Assembly: GCF_018977255.1 (NCBI RefSeq)
Contig: NW_024704742.1
Coordinates: 115,074,001 to 115,138,000 of the forward strand
DNA length: 64,000 nucleotides
Origin: Callorhinchus milii
Lineage: Eukaryota
Direction of reading: 5' to 3'
Made by a program: the position numbers and the translations under genes. The notes under the pieces were generated by a model. That model was not told the DNA's origin and did not search any database. It worked only from the letters and a program-made list of their open reading frames with translations. Every line of letters starts with the position of its first letter. Within the stretch, counting starts at the first letter, position 1. Below, piece after piece: positions 11,179 through 31,900 of this stretch.

Positions 11179-13424
11179 AGTGGAGCTGTTTCACACCGCC
11201 TCCGGTTATTCCCGGGAAAACCACCGCACTTTACTGATTTAAAGACAGAAATAGGGGCGTTCCAGAGAGACGGAGACACTCAGCAATAACCTGCACTTGT
11301 GGAGGTGCCCCTTCATGTGGGTCAATGTACCCCCAGTGCTTCGGAAAGACAATGAGAGTCAACAACAACAACCAACAACTTGCATTTATATAGCCCTCTT
11401 CACGCAGGGTAGTGTCCCGGAGCGCTCGGCAAAGGCGGAGGCTGACCCCGCGCCCGGGGCAGAGGGAGATCACCCAACACTGAAGGAATTTATTGACCAA
11501 AGTCATCGACAAGCGGATATGTTTCGTGAGCATTTTGAAGGCACTAGGCAAAGGGAATTTAGAATATCTCAGAATATGCAGCACAGAAACAGGCCATTCG
11601 GCCCAACTGGTCAATGCCGGTGTTTATGCTCCACATGAGCCTCCCTCCTCCTGCCCTTCTTCCTCAACTAAGCCTTCAGAGAGTTGCAGAGAGCAGAGTG
11701 TACAGTAGTATCTGAAGTCTCTGCTACTGTCGGGATGGAGAGTGAGAAAACACCAGCAGATCAAATCTTAGACTTGCCCTCTGGGAATCACACTTTCTAT
11801 GTAGCCTTGACCCTGATTATTCGGTCATATCTGTCCAAAGAATATAAACAGAGTAAGGGAATGCATTTCATAGTAATTTAATAGTCATCAATGGCACAAG
11901 AGAGGTAGAACTCCAGAGAAATGCAGGAAGATGTGGCAAGCCATTTTCACACACATTCTTACAGTTTGAACAGAATTGTAGGTGGCGTGGGAGCAAGTCA
12001 ATTGAATATTAATGTACATTTACTTGAATTAAGAAATAAAACCATTGAATTAGTGCTAACTATTACTTTATAGTTGGGGATACTCTTGAGTTAATTATTA
12101 TACCATAGCCAATTTTCATCTCTCCAATCCTTGACTTCTGCTCCACAGTGCTGGCATCCCTCCACTATTTGACCCAAATAACATTTCCTGTTAGAGGTGA
12201 TGCTGAGCATTAGCAAGAAATTCAAGCTTGGGGGCTTGATCCTATCCTTGACTGATTTCCATGTGCACATACACCACAGATCACTTGACAGTGATTACAC
12301 CAGAAATTAAGGTTAATTTCCCCTTCCATGCTGAAGCATGTCAGGGATCCCTGTACCCCTGCCAGCTGAGATGTTAGCTCAGCTGACAAAGAAACAAACC
12401 TGCAGTTTTTTTGATCCACATGGCATCATACTACAATGGTTACCTAACCAAAGGTCTAATTATATTAAAATGTAAGGTGTTTCTCCTTTGCATTGCCAAT
12501 CATCATCCTTACTGACAAAAGGTCACATGTTCAGGGCTGCAAAGAACAATTTTAATACAGGCACAGGCGAAGTGTTTACTTACATAGCAAGCGATCGACA
12601 GCTGCTATGGGTTATCACTTAGGAAGGGTGATACAGGCAAGGACATTGGCCTCATGTAAGAACCAGCTACAGACTACGGTATAAATGGAAGACAGGTACG
12701 ATTGGAATTTAGCTTGGATGAGATCAAATAGGCGCAAATAGGTATATGGATGCTTTTTATATTTAAGAGCGGGATGGTTCTGGGCTGCGCATCTCTTTGT
12801 AAATCAATACCACTTGTTGATTAGCAGGCAGGAGCAACAGGTCATGTATGAGTGTAACTGGCCACCTGAAGAATTCCATCATTTTCCCCTTTTCCACAAA
12901 TACAGTGGAACTCTGCTTTACAGTGCTGTGCTCCATTTAGTGGTTTGGTTAAGAACTGACAAAATCTCTTAGCTAAAGCCATCAAGTCATCAACCCCAAC
13001 TTTCGAACTCCCAACATTTGGTCTGGGCTCACACGCCTATATATAGTATCATTTATTTTTTGAAAAATACATTGCATCAGCGTCTCCTCTAAATAATTAG
13101 CACTCATAGAATACAGACAATAGTTCAATTTTCACTTCTGGAAAATATTCCATTGTTCTGTTTCAGCTTGGATCTTATATTCCTCAATTTAAGCACCCAA
13201 ACAAACTTCTAGTAACCCGTACTATGTTGCTAAATATTTCTCAAGATAAAATTACATCTATGTAGTCCAAAATTCATGGTCTTTTTCCATTGCTTAAACA
13301 CCGGCAATGTTTCACGGGAACACAATAGCAGTTGTTTCACTGTCACATTATTGCCGTCATTCTACAGCAGGTTTGCCCTTCAAACACAAATTGCATTTGC
13401 AAGGCCGTCTGCATTTCCCGGAGT

Positions 13425-20607
<7,183 letters not shown>

Positions 20608-21018
20608 TTCCATCCACGTGCGGCGTCAAGGGGGGTCCTTCACCACTCCTACCCGCGTCACTCAGCTCTTTGCCGTCCGCCTGCAAAAAAAAACTATTCG
20701 CATCAAATGTACTGTCTTCAGCTTCGCCGTATTTCCTCTCGGAGGATTCTGGCCTCGTTGTTGTTCCTCCGGGGTTTGGGGAAGGGTAAGTGGCGTAAAT
20801 AATCCCAAATAAACAGCCGTGTTCATTTCCGGCGGCTCGGGAGGTCGCTAAAAGACGCTAAAAAAATAGCGTCAGAGGCAAGGAGGACCCCGGGCGCTGT
20901 TGTTATTTTTCCCGTTTGGATTAAAGTGGAGATAAGATTCCAGAAACAGCGAGAGTCAGGACAGCAAGTGAGTCACACACACACACACACAGAGAGTGGC
21001 TGAGAGAGGGAGGGAGGG

Positions 21019-21760
21019 TAATAACAGAAAAGCAGATTATTTTCTAGAGGTAGAGAGATTAGATAGTGTTAGTGTTCAGAGGGATTTGGGTGTTCTTGTA
21101 CACCAGTCACAAACAGTTAGTATGCAGGTACACAAAGCAACTAGGAAGGCTAATGGCATGTTGGTGTTTATTGCAAAATGGTTAGAATACAAGAGTAGGG
21201 AAGTTTTGCTGCAACTGTATAGGGCCTTGGTGAGACCGCACCTGGAATATTGTGTGCAGTTTTGATCTCCTTATTTAAGAAAGGAAATACTTGCCTTAGA
21301 GGGGATGCAGCATAGATTCACCCGTTAGTTCCTGGGATGAGGAGTTGACCTATATATAGTTGAGTAAACTAGGCCTATATTCTCTAGAATATAGAAGTAG
21401 GGGTGATCTTATAGAAACATATAAGATTCTTATAGGGCTTGACAGAGCATACAGTGTGAGACTGTTTCCCCTGGTAGGAGAATCTATAACTAGGGGTCAC
21501 AGTTTTAAGATTAAGGGTCAGCCTTTTCAAACAGAGTTGAGGAAACACTTCTTCACTCAGAGGGTAGTGAATTTATGGAATTCTCTATCCCAGAAGGCTG
21601 TAGATGCTCAGTTCTTGAACCTATTCAAGACTGAGATTGATAGATTTCTAAAGGATAGAGGGATTAACGAATATAGGGATAAGGCGGGCAGATGGAGTTA
21701 GGTTAGAAGATCAACCATGATCTTATTGAATGGCTATTTCTGCTCTAACTTCCTATGTTC
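21019..21760 (+). mobile_element. CR1-clade LINE 3' fragment
   Basis: QRDLGVLVH...LLQLYRALVRPHLEYCVQF and LGLYSLE...RGDLIETYKIL...FFTQRVVNLWNSL, with stops and frameshifts. Confidence 0.9.
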
Positions 21761-21772
21761 CAGTGTGAGACA

Positions 21773-22800
21773 GAGTGAGTGAGTGAGTGAGTGAAGCAGC
21801 GAGGAGTGAGTGAGGGCGAGAGTGTGTGAGTGAGCGGCAGCGAGGCGGCAGCGAGGCGGCAGCGAGGCGGCAGCGAGGCGGCAGCGAGGCGGCAGCGAGG
21901 CGGCAGCGAGGCAGCGAGGCAGGGAGCGAGCGAGCGAGGCAGCGAGGCAGGGAGCGAGCGAGCGAGGCAGCGAGCGAGCGAGCGAGTGAGTCGCTCGCAG
22001 CGAGCGAGTGAGTCGCTCGCAGCGAGCGAGCGAGCGAGTGAGTCGCTCGCAGCGAGCGAGCGAGCGAGTGAGTCGCTCGCAGCGAGCGAGCGAGCGAGTG
22101 AGTCGCTCGCAGCGAGCGAGCGAGCGAGTGAGTCGCTCGCAGCGAGCGAGTGAGTCGCTCGCAGCGAGCGAGCGAGCGAGTGAGTCGCTCGCAGCGAGCG
22201 AGCGAGTGAGTCGCTCGCAGCGAGCGAGCGAGTGAGTCGCTCGCAGCGAGCGAGCGAGTGAGTCGCTCGCAGCGAGCGAGCGAGTGAGTCGCTCGCAGCG
22301 AGCGAGCGAGTGAGTCGCTCGCAGCGAGCGAGCGAGTGAGGCAGCGAGTGTGAGGGAGAGAGCGAGCGAGCGAGTGAGGCAGCGAGTGTGAGGGAGAGAG
22401 CGAGCGAGCGAGTGAGGCAGCGAGTGTGAGGGAGAGAGCGAGCGAGCGAGTGAGGCAGCGAGTGTGAGGGAGAGAGCGAGCGAGCGAGTGAGGCAGCGAG
22501 TGTGAGGGAGAGAGCGAGCGAGTGAGTGAGGCAGCGAGTGAGTGAGTGAGTGAGTGAGGCAGCGAGTGTGAGAGAGCGAGCGAGTGAGTGAGTGAGTGAG
22601 TGAGTGAGTGAGCAGCGAGTGAGTGAGTGAGTGAGTGAGGCAGCGAGTGTGAGGGAGAGAGAGAGAATCAGTGAAGCTGAGAGTGAGTGAGACTAGAGCG
22701 ATAGAGAGTGAGTGAAGCTGAGAGTGAGTGAGACTAGAGCGATAGAGAGTGAGTGAAGCTGAGAGAGAGTGTGAGGCTAAGCGAGCAAGAGAGTGAGTTT
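21773..22800 (+). repeat. Compound tandem repeat: (GAGT)n, (GCAGCGAGGCG)n, (GAGTGAGTCGCTCGCAGC(GAGC)k)n, (GAGGCAGCGAGTGTGAGGGAGA(GAGC)k)n
   Basis: Directly visible, in RAD17 intron 1. Confidence 0.95.
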
Positions 22801-22932
22801 AGCCCGGAGACTAGTGAACACTACTAATATAATAACTTTATTTTTCTTACTGAAGGTAAACGTGTGAGAAGAGATTTTGTTGTTTGAGTGCATAGAACCT
22901 TGGTCTGCTTATGGGATTTACTAGAGTTGACA

Positions 22933-22974
22933 ATGTCAAAATCTAATGTTGGCAGAAAGATTGTTTCTGCTAAG
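22933..22974 (+). CDS. RAD17: RAD17 coding exon 1 (MSKSNVGRKIVSAK)
   Basis: Acceptor at 22854-22855, AAG|GTAAGG donor; resembles the recalled human start MSKTFLRPKVSSTK. Confidence 0.8.
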
Positions 22975-25900
22975 GTAAGGAATTATATTTTACTCTTAGT
23001 ATTCTGTGATTACAGTTTGTATATTATAGGGAGCTTTAAAACTCCCAAGTACAGGACAGAATATGCTTTTAAGACTTCAAGTTTTGCAGTAATAAAACTT
23101 ATTGTGGTTGCATTTTTAAAAAGCAGAAGTTCAAGTTTCAGTCTTGATAAAGCAATGGCTTCAATTCTGAATTTTAAATGCAGAATTTGCCAAAACTATC
23201 TCATCGTTGATAAAAAATTGTATTCAACACATTCTGATTAATGTTTATGGTAATTTGAGCAGCTGAATGGATGTATGTACCATCTGATATGATGGTGAAA
23301 GTCCTAGGTTCAATTCAGGTCTGTGTTGACTGCTGATCTCAGCAAAGATAGTGATTTGCTGTGTCAGAGCTATGAACAGTAATTAGACTTGTTATGGCTC
23401 TTCAGTGTTGAATGGAGGAGTTTCAAAAAGGACCGTGTAGAGGTGTATAATATTTTACAGTCAATCCACTTTACAATATATTCTGTGAAGAACTTTGAGA
23501 CATCTTAACAACATAATAAGGCGCTATATCAAATGCAAGGATTATTATTAATGAATGGGATTGAGAAAGTAAACCTAGAACAATATGTTTGGATGGTCTG
23601 TGACAGCAGAACAAGTGGATATAATAATAATAATCTTTGCATTTGATATAGCATTTTTTCACATCTTCTCGACGTCTCAAAGCGCTTCACAGAATATACT
23701 GTAAAGTGAATTGACCGTATATTTTGTGGGAGAAACACTGCAGCTAATTGCGCAGAGGATAAGAGTTGCAAAGAACAATTTGAGGACAGACAGTAGGAAA
23801 TGTTTCTTTATCCAGAAGGTGATTAACAACTTGACTAGTTCTCAGGAAGGCTGGTTGAGGCTAAGATGCTGCACTGATTTTTTGTTAAAAAAAAGTTTGA
23901 TGCTCTAATGGGAGCACGATAGAGATGGTTGAGATCAAATAGCACTGAATAGGTGATTTTTTTTCATCACTTGGACCTGTTTTATATTCTATTTTTTGAT
24001 ATTGATATGGCAAGACATAGGAACCAAGAGGTTGAATGAGAGGACATAGGACCAATTAGCTTGTTGAATCTAATCTGCCAATTTATAGGTCGTGGCAGAT
24101 CTTTTACATTGAAAGAAAAATTGCACAAATACAACAACAAAATTACATTTATAGAGTGCCTTTCATGTCGGGAAGGCATCCCAAGGGGCTGGACAGTCAG
24201 GGGTCAGGACCGTTAGGGGTCAGTCAGGGTCATACAATACAAAATTACATTTGTATAGTTCATGTCGGGAGGACATCCTAAGGCGCTGAACAATCACGGA
24301 TTTGGACCTGAGCAGGGGAGGGGATTTAAAGTAGTGGAGGGTAGGAGGGTGACCGAAGGCAAGGTTAAAGAGGAGGGTCTTGAGACGTGCCTTGAAGGAG
24401 GCAAGGGAGGGAGGTGAAGAGAATGTGGGATGGAGTTCCAAAGGGTGGGGGTAGAGAGGCTGAAGACCCGACTGCTGATGGTGGGGCAGGAGATGTGGAG
24501 CAGGCCTGAGCCTGCTGAGCGGAGGAAGCGGACAGATTGATAAGGGGTTAAAAGGTCACTGAGGTAGGAAAGGGCAAGGCCATGGAGGGCCTTGGAGGTG
24601 AGGACGAGGATTTTGAACTCTATCCTCTGGGGAATGGGGAGCCAGTGGAGCCAGGCAAGGCTTGGGGTGATAGGGTCACGAAGCCTGGTGCGGGAGAGGA
24701 AGTGAGCTGCAGAGTTCTAGATGATCTGCAGCTTGTGGAGGGAAGAGTTGGGGGTGCCGACAAGCAAGGAGTTGACATAGTCAAGCCTAGATGTGATGAA
24801 TGAGGGTTTTGGCAGCCTGAGAGGGAGGCAGTGGCACAGTCGGGCAATGTGGGGGAAGGCAAAGTGGGTCATGGCACGGATGTGGGGGAGACAGTTGAGG
24901 CTCAAACAAGACCCCTAGGTTCCAGACTGGCTCAGTGAGGTGGAGTGTGCCTCCATGGATGAAGTCCGTGTGGAAATCCAACATATTTTCAGTTGATATA
25001 GGTTGAGGTAGTGTGAGATGAATAGTTTTGCCCACAGAATACACAGTCACTATACTTCTGTGAGGAGAGTTGAGATGGCTCAAGGATGTGATAAGGCGCT
25101 CTATCAAATGCAAGCATTACTGTTATGAATATATAGTGAATGGCATTGTCTTCTTTTGCTTTAGTTGACAAACTGGGTTCAGCCGGCTTTTGATGATTTT
25201 CTCAGTGACTCCACCATCACCTCAGTGACTTCCCACGGAAAACCATCAGGCCATTCATTGTCGAGTAATGGTGGTCAGAAAATTTTCCAGCCGGAAAGAG
25301 ACAAAAGATCCAAGTTCTTCCCCTTAAACAGCACAAAGAATAGAAAAAGAACCAAGACAACTAACAAGGGACTGCTTAATTACCGCAAGAGTAACCCACC
25401 TTCAAATCGAACTGAACCCTGGGTGGATGAATACATACCTCGGACACAGGTAGCAGAGTTGTGTAGAGTGAATTCTATAGCCTGCTCTCCTGGAATATGG
25501 GTGTATGGGTGGGAAATTTCCATACATATTTGGAACTATCAGTGGTTTTGTTTGGACGCTCTTAAGTATGGTGACGTAGTTCCACGTGTGTCAGACACTA
25601 AAGAAAAGTGCTGCTTTTGTAGGATATTTTGCTCTGAAACACACCCCTGTTTGAAGAGCGCTATATAAATGCAAGTTGTTGTTCATTGTTGTTGATGCTT
25701 TGCATATCATTTGTGAAGTAGATTGATTTCATTGAGCCAAAGTTGCCTTTTTCTGTTTGATATGTTTGTTATGCAATGGCGGAAATTCAGTCAAGCTACT
25801 TTGAACACTCTCCCTCAATCCTTCCGCCTTGCCCCCTTTCTCCCTTTTTCAAGTCCCGCCTGAAAACCTTCCTTTTTGACGGTGTTTACAGTCACCTCAC

Positions 25901-28900
25901 ATCTCTCCTGCCACTGTTAAGCACTCTAAATAAGTTACCATGCATGGATAGCTAGACAGTATTTCACTTAAAACTGCTATCCTATATTCTCTTCCATTCT
26001 ATGTTCTCTTCTGCTACAGAGTGAGCTTGCAGTTCATAAGAAGAAAATCGAAGAGGTTGAAAATTGGTTAAAAGTCCATATACGACAGAGATGCCACCAG
26101 GTAAGTCGGACTGGGTCACTATAGAGCACTTTGCTGCAAAAAAAATTAAAAAAATTAGCTGTAAAAAAACAAACAGTTTTCACTTGATCTGACCACTGAC
26201 TTCTTAATTTATAAATGTCTTAATTTAGACAATAGTTTAGAATAAGAATCCAGGGGTGAAAAATATGGTAAAACCACATTCTACCCACATCACATTGTGG
26301 AACATGCTGCTTATGGAGACATCTCAACTGATGTATACCCCATAGAACCAGCTTTGTTGAAATAATTAGGGTAAAAAGCTGCTTCCCACAGTTCATTCTT
26401 TTCTAGCCCAAATGCAGCCAAAACCCTCGTGCATGTGTTTGTCACCTCCTGGAATATGGATTACTCAAATACACTCGTCACCCCAGCTCCATTATTCCAA
26501 AAATCCCGCTCATTCAGAACTCTGCTGCTGCATAATTACCCGAACCAAATTCCATACCCCCATCTCAACAGTTCTGGCCAGGCTTCACTGGCTCCCCGTC
26601 ACCAAACAGATCGACTTCAAGGTCCTCACACTCGTGTTCCAATCTGTTCACTTCATGGCACCTCTGACTTTCTCACTACCCAATCTACCACCAAGGGCCT
26701 CCTGCTTGTATCTCGCTCCCTCCACTCTACCAATGGAGCCCGTGCTTTCAGCCATTGCGCCCTGCAGCTCTGGATCACTCTCCCTCAATCTATCCGCTTT
26801 GCCTCTCTCCCCTTTTTCAAGTCCTGCCTGAAAACCTTCCTTTTCGACCGTGCTTACGGTCCCCCCCACCGGCTCGAAGTCAGGCTCCACCACTGTTAAG
26901 TGCTCTTGAGACGCTACCCTGCATGGAGGGCTCTATATAAGTGCAAGTTTTTGTTGTTCCTTTGGACTTAGCACTGTGTAGATCTCAACATTATGGTGCC
27001 AATTCAGGGAAAACGTACAGGCTTAACTCAGTATTAGTTCTTTCATATCCACTATTGTTGCAAAGGAAAAATAATTACTTATATTGAAACTGAATTACAA
27101 TTGTTTTTAACTGATTTAAAGAGATTATTAAAGGAAGATTCTTTTATGCAAAACTGTATTACTTTCTCATTTTCTTCCCCAGACTAGATATTTGGTAGAA
27201 ATTTTAGTTGCTCTTTTTCTTATGAGTGAATAATAATACATGTAATTATTTTGCGTTTCAAAGGATGGTTCCATCTTACTACTGACAGGTCCTTCAGGCG
27301 CTGGCAAGACTGCCACACTACAAGTACTTGTAAAGGAGCTGGAAATTCAACTGCTTGAGTGGACAAACCCTCTTCAAAATGAATTTAAGAAGCCTGAATT
27401 TAGGGACTCCTTTGATATTGGTAAGAACTATCAGCTTTTGGACTCCAGGGATAATGTAAAACTGTTGAGAGCCAGCCACTTTCTTTCATTAAGGCATCCG
27501 AGTTCTTGTATACAGAAGCAATAGGCAACCCCATTCTCAACAGAGTCTAGGGAAATCTGGCATTGAGAAAATCGGATGCTTAAAGAGTTGCCTTCAGACT
27601 GGTTTGCATCCAGAGGGAAACTCTTAATGTGAAAGCAGTATTATATCCTTTCTCCAGCTACATATCTACCCCAGGCTTAGATGCTGTGCTCTGCTGCTAT
27701 TGTTTTGTACAATTGAATCGAGCTGCAATTGAAATCCGTGGATATATTTGCTCTGCAAAAGGGAAAATGCTGTGACAGAGGTTCTTAATCAATTCTGTGA
27801 AGGACTTTGAGATGTACTCACAACATGAAAGAGCTAAATAAAGTTTAGTCAAAGCCAGTTATTGTGTGTGGAATTGGGGTGTCCAGCCTGCAGACGAGTG
27901 TAGACCAACTCATTTATGTGGACATACATCTGTTTGTTATGGGCCAAACAGTTAAATTGACCTATTTTACAGTACAAATTTACATTCATATACTTTTTTG
28001 TAATTTCATTATTAGATTACATGTAGCAGAAATAATTACATGACAAAATCTGTTGTTATCCGATGGCCTTTATAGTATTGGCAATTTAATATTTCACCTG
28101 AAAGCAAATGCAAACAGATGGGTTAGACTCTATTAATCAACTGTTTAATATTCTGGAACTGTTCCTTATTTTCTTCTCCAAATCTCCGACTATTCCTAAT
28201 CCAGTGATGTGTGGACAGTGCAAAATCTTTTTGTACTTTTGAAGTTAGAACTGCTGACCTTCTGGAGGCTTGATCTGCCAGATTGCCATAAAAGAGCTGT
28301 TGAGTGAATATGCCCTTGAGCTATCAATAGTGTAGGAGTTCAACACTCTACCCCGTTTGCTGCTCACTCACCCAGTGTAAAGGCCACAGTGAAACAATTC
28401 TGTATTTTATTATGTAAAGAATGTAAACTCGGGTTTTCTCAAATCTGTAAATAAATCCTGTGATTTACTTCAGATTCAAGTTTCCAGCAGTACACCAGCA
28501 CGTCACAGTCTGTTCTATTTCATGAGTTTCTGTTACGAGCTAACAAGTACAATAAACTCCAGATGTTGGGAGATTCCTTTCAAACGGACAAGAAGGTGAT
28601 TCTTGTGGAAGTAAGTCAAGCTTTTCTCAGCTCTGATACCTGTTCATTGAGGATTAAACATCACAAATGTTGCAGTTTGATAAATTAGCTTTAATGAATA
28701 CAGCAGGAATCTGGGGCAAAATAAAAATGTTTTCTTATTTTCTGCATTTTACAATATTCTGTAATTCTGCCATTTCTTTACTTAAAATGGCATTATTTTG
28801 CCCACAAATATACAATTCACTTAACAGTATATTCTATGAAGCGCTTTGAGGCATCTAGAAGAAGTGAAAAGCGCTATATCAAATGCAAGAAGCAGGGAGA

Positions 28901-31900
28901 TCGAAAGCACGGTCGAAGAGGAGGATCTTGGGACGTCCCAAGACGCTGGACAGTCAGGAATTTGGACCTGAGTGAGGGGGATTGGGGTAAGGGAGGGTGG
29001 AGGGTAGAAGGGTGGCCGAAGGCATGGTTGAAGAGGAGGGTCTTGAGACGTGCCTCAAAGGAGCAAGCGAGAGATTGAGGCAAATGGAATGTGGGATGTA
29101 GTTCCAAAGAGTGGGGTGGTATTCAGCCTCAGTACTTAGGTCCAGAGTCCAGCTTTGACTGCTGAATGATGACTCCTAATCGATTAATCTCTATACTTTT
29201 CTGACTAGGCTTTTCAAGTGATATTAAACGATTGAGTTGCAATTGTACATTGCTTTCATACTGAGAGAAAAATGTAGGTTTTTTTAACCTTGTGTAATAG
29301 ATCATTTGTAAACTATTGATATACAGAAAAAATGATTCAAACTCTGGTTGTATTCCACAGGATATTCCAAATCAGTTTTATAGGGATCCTTCATGCATGC
29401 ATGAAGTCTTGCGGTAAGTTCATCAAAATCATTTAAAAAATACACTCCTCACAGAATAACAACATAAATTCCTATACATTATTCTGAGCGGGTTATTCCA
29501 GGAATACTAAAAGTGGTTTTATTTTTAACATGAAGCTGTAGACTTCTTACTGCAGTTAGGACTATGATTCAGTAAATAATTGGAGCATGTAAAATTGTTT
29601 CATTACAGATACACCATTAGTAATTTGAAAATGTCAACTAATGTGAAGAACAAACATGTCATGGAGTAAACAGAAATCTTTAAAAGATATATTGTATTTT
29701 TTTTAAATTTAGCCTGCAACCAATTATGCCAATGACCATGTGAATGAAATATGAATACTTTTTTACAAGCTTGTGGTAGGAACTTGAGTTCAATCTTATT
29801 TCCTTTTTAAGAAAGTTGACATACAAGTACATTTATCCTATACACATTTTATCGAATGAAATTAAAAAATTGAGCATTTTAATAAATGAATAACAACTCT
29901 AGATTACAGGAAGGGTATTACAATTTCTTTTTATTCTATTCCATTAATGAATATTGTACATATTCAGATTACAACTGCGGCATCTGTGTTGCGTGTGTAT
30001 GTAACGATTTGCTGGAATATATAGATTTGAATTGTTGAAGTTTTTTTGTTTAAATAAACACTAACTTGGTGAAATTGGAACATACGAAGAAAAGTCAGCT
30101 TGATTTTTGTTTTAAGCAGGAGGTTTGTACAGACAGCAAGGTGTCCACTAGTGTTCATCATTTCTGACAGTGTAAGTGGAAGCAGCAACCAGAGGTTCCT
30201 CTTTCCTAAAGACATCCAGGAAGAGTTGTGTATTTACAATATCAGGCAAGTACTGACACTACAGTGTTAAATATGCCAAGCCTGGTTGTTTGGTTCTTCT
30301 TGACTTGAGGTTATTCACTTTACAAAACTCAGGTCTTGTGCAGTGAGAAGCACTGCAATTATAAAGTGAAAGAACAGACTTTATAGGAAATAATTGAGAT
30401 GACAGAATTGCCAATGCAGTAAGCATTTCTTTTTTTAAAAAAATAATTTTGCTTGTTTCTGCAAAAATGGTAATAAGGGTGAATTCTGGATCTTGAGTTT
30501 CTGTTCTGCATCCATTTTAATTCATTATCGTAATTGTATTTTCAATTTATTTGCAGTTTTAATCCTGTGGCACCCACAAACATGATGAAAGTTTTAAACA
30601 GAATAGCTTCTCAAGAGGTCAGTAGGGTAAATTTATATTTTACAAGCAAAATAATTGTTTTCCCTCCTTTCTTGGTTATATAAGCACTGGCAGACCATAA
30701 ACACTGTATCTTAATGTGCATTCTTTGTATTTGAGCCTAAATGACAAATATGTCATATTTTCAAGTGCTACAAAATGCTACCCTGCATGAAGGTTGCTGT
30801 ACAAACACAAGTTCTTGTTGCTTTGTTTTACTGGTTGTTTTGTTTCAATCTGGGTTTGCAAAATGAACATTTTGCAGTGGACTTCTTTTGCCCAGGAATG
30901 ATATCCAATTTGCTTTACTTGTTTATTGGAAATTCACTTAAGACTGAATGAAAATAGTGAACATTTTTTTTTACCATTCGCCCCAAAATGGAACATTTAA
31001 CTTGTTCTTTGATGATCTGTGGAGTCCTGTAGCTCCGTGGTTAGAGCACTGAGTTTGATTCTCCTCGGGGTGAAACCTTACTCCACATGCCTGATAATAA
31101 TCCCTCAAGAAAAAATCCCAATAATAAATTGGTAATTTCAATCCACGACTGTTTGTTGGACACTGCTGTGCGCAATTGGCTGCCACATTTTGCCCACAAA
31201 TATACAGTCAGTTCACTTTACAGTCTATTCTGTGAAGCGCTTTGAGACGTCTAGGAGACATGAAAAGCTCTATATCAAATGCAAGGATTATTATCTAATC
31301 TGCAGAGTGGTGGAAAGACTGTTGCCCCTGACAAGGCAATGCTGGAACTGGTCTGCCAAGGCAGTGCTGGAGACATCAGATGTGCAATAAATAGCCTCCA
31401 GTTTGCTTCAGCACAAGGTAAGTTTTTAACCTGGGAAGAAATAAAGTTACCTCACTAATTTTCTAAGTTAAACGGTTCATACAATACTGAACTGAAACAA
31501 GGCTGTGTTTTAGAAACCTAATAGTCTAAAAAAAATTAATGACTGGTGGGGCGCTACAGTTAGTGTCTGTATCCTGTATGTGCGTGTTTGTGTGTGTTGC
31601 GTGTGGATGTTGGGTGGCAATAGTATCTGGGTTGGCTGTGATTTCTCTTCTTCTCCTTCCCCCCACCCCGCCCAGTGGGATAGCTTTCTGATGACATTGA
31701 AGAAACTGTATCCTCATAATAGTCACTGCCTTCAGGGTGGAGAAGAAAATTGGAGACAAAAACTTAAATCTCGTAGTGTACACTGCAGTTTTTCACATTA
31801 GTTGTCTTGAGCTGTTTCTAAATATGATGTAATGACGGATAACTATACCACCACTTAAATATGTGCACCTGTTAATGAATTTGTTGTATAGTTTAACATT

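Noticed and set aside
11179..11330. CCDC125 promoter or non-coding first exon
   Set aside because: Plausible from position and a few CpGs, but no unambiguous donor, and the local assembly is suspect.
21826..22340. Repeat array superficially like a CRISPR array, or an SERASE-repeat protein
   Set aside because: Vertebrate intron, no unique spacers, no cas genes; it is a simple tandem satellite.
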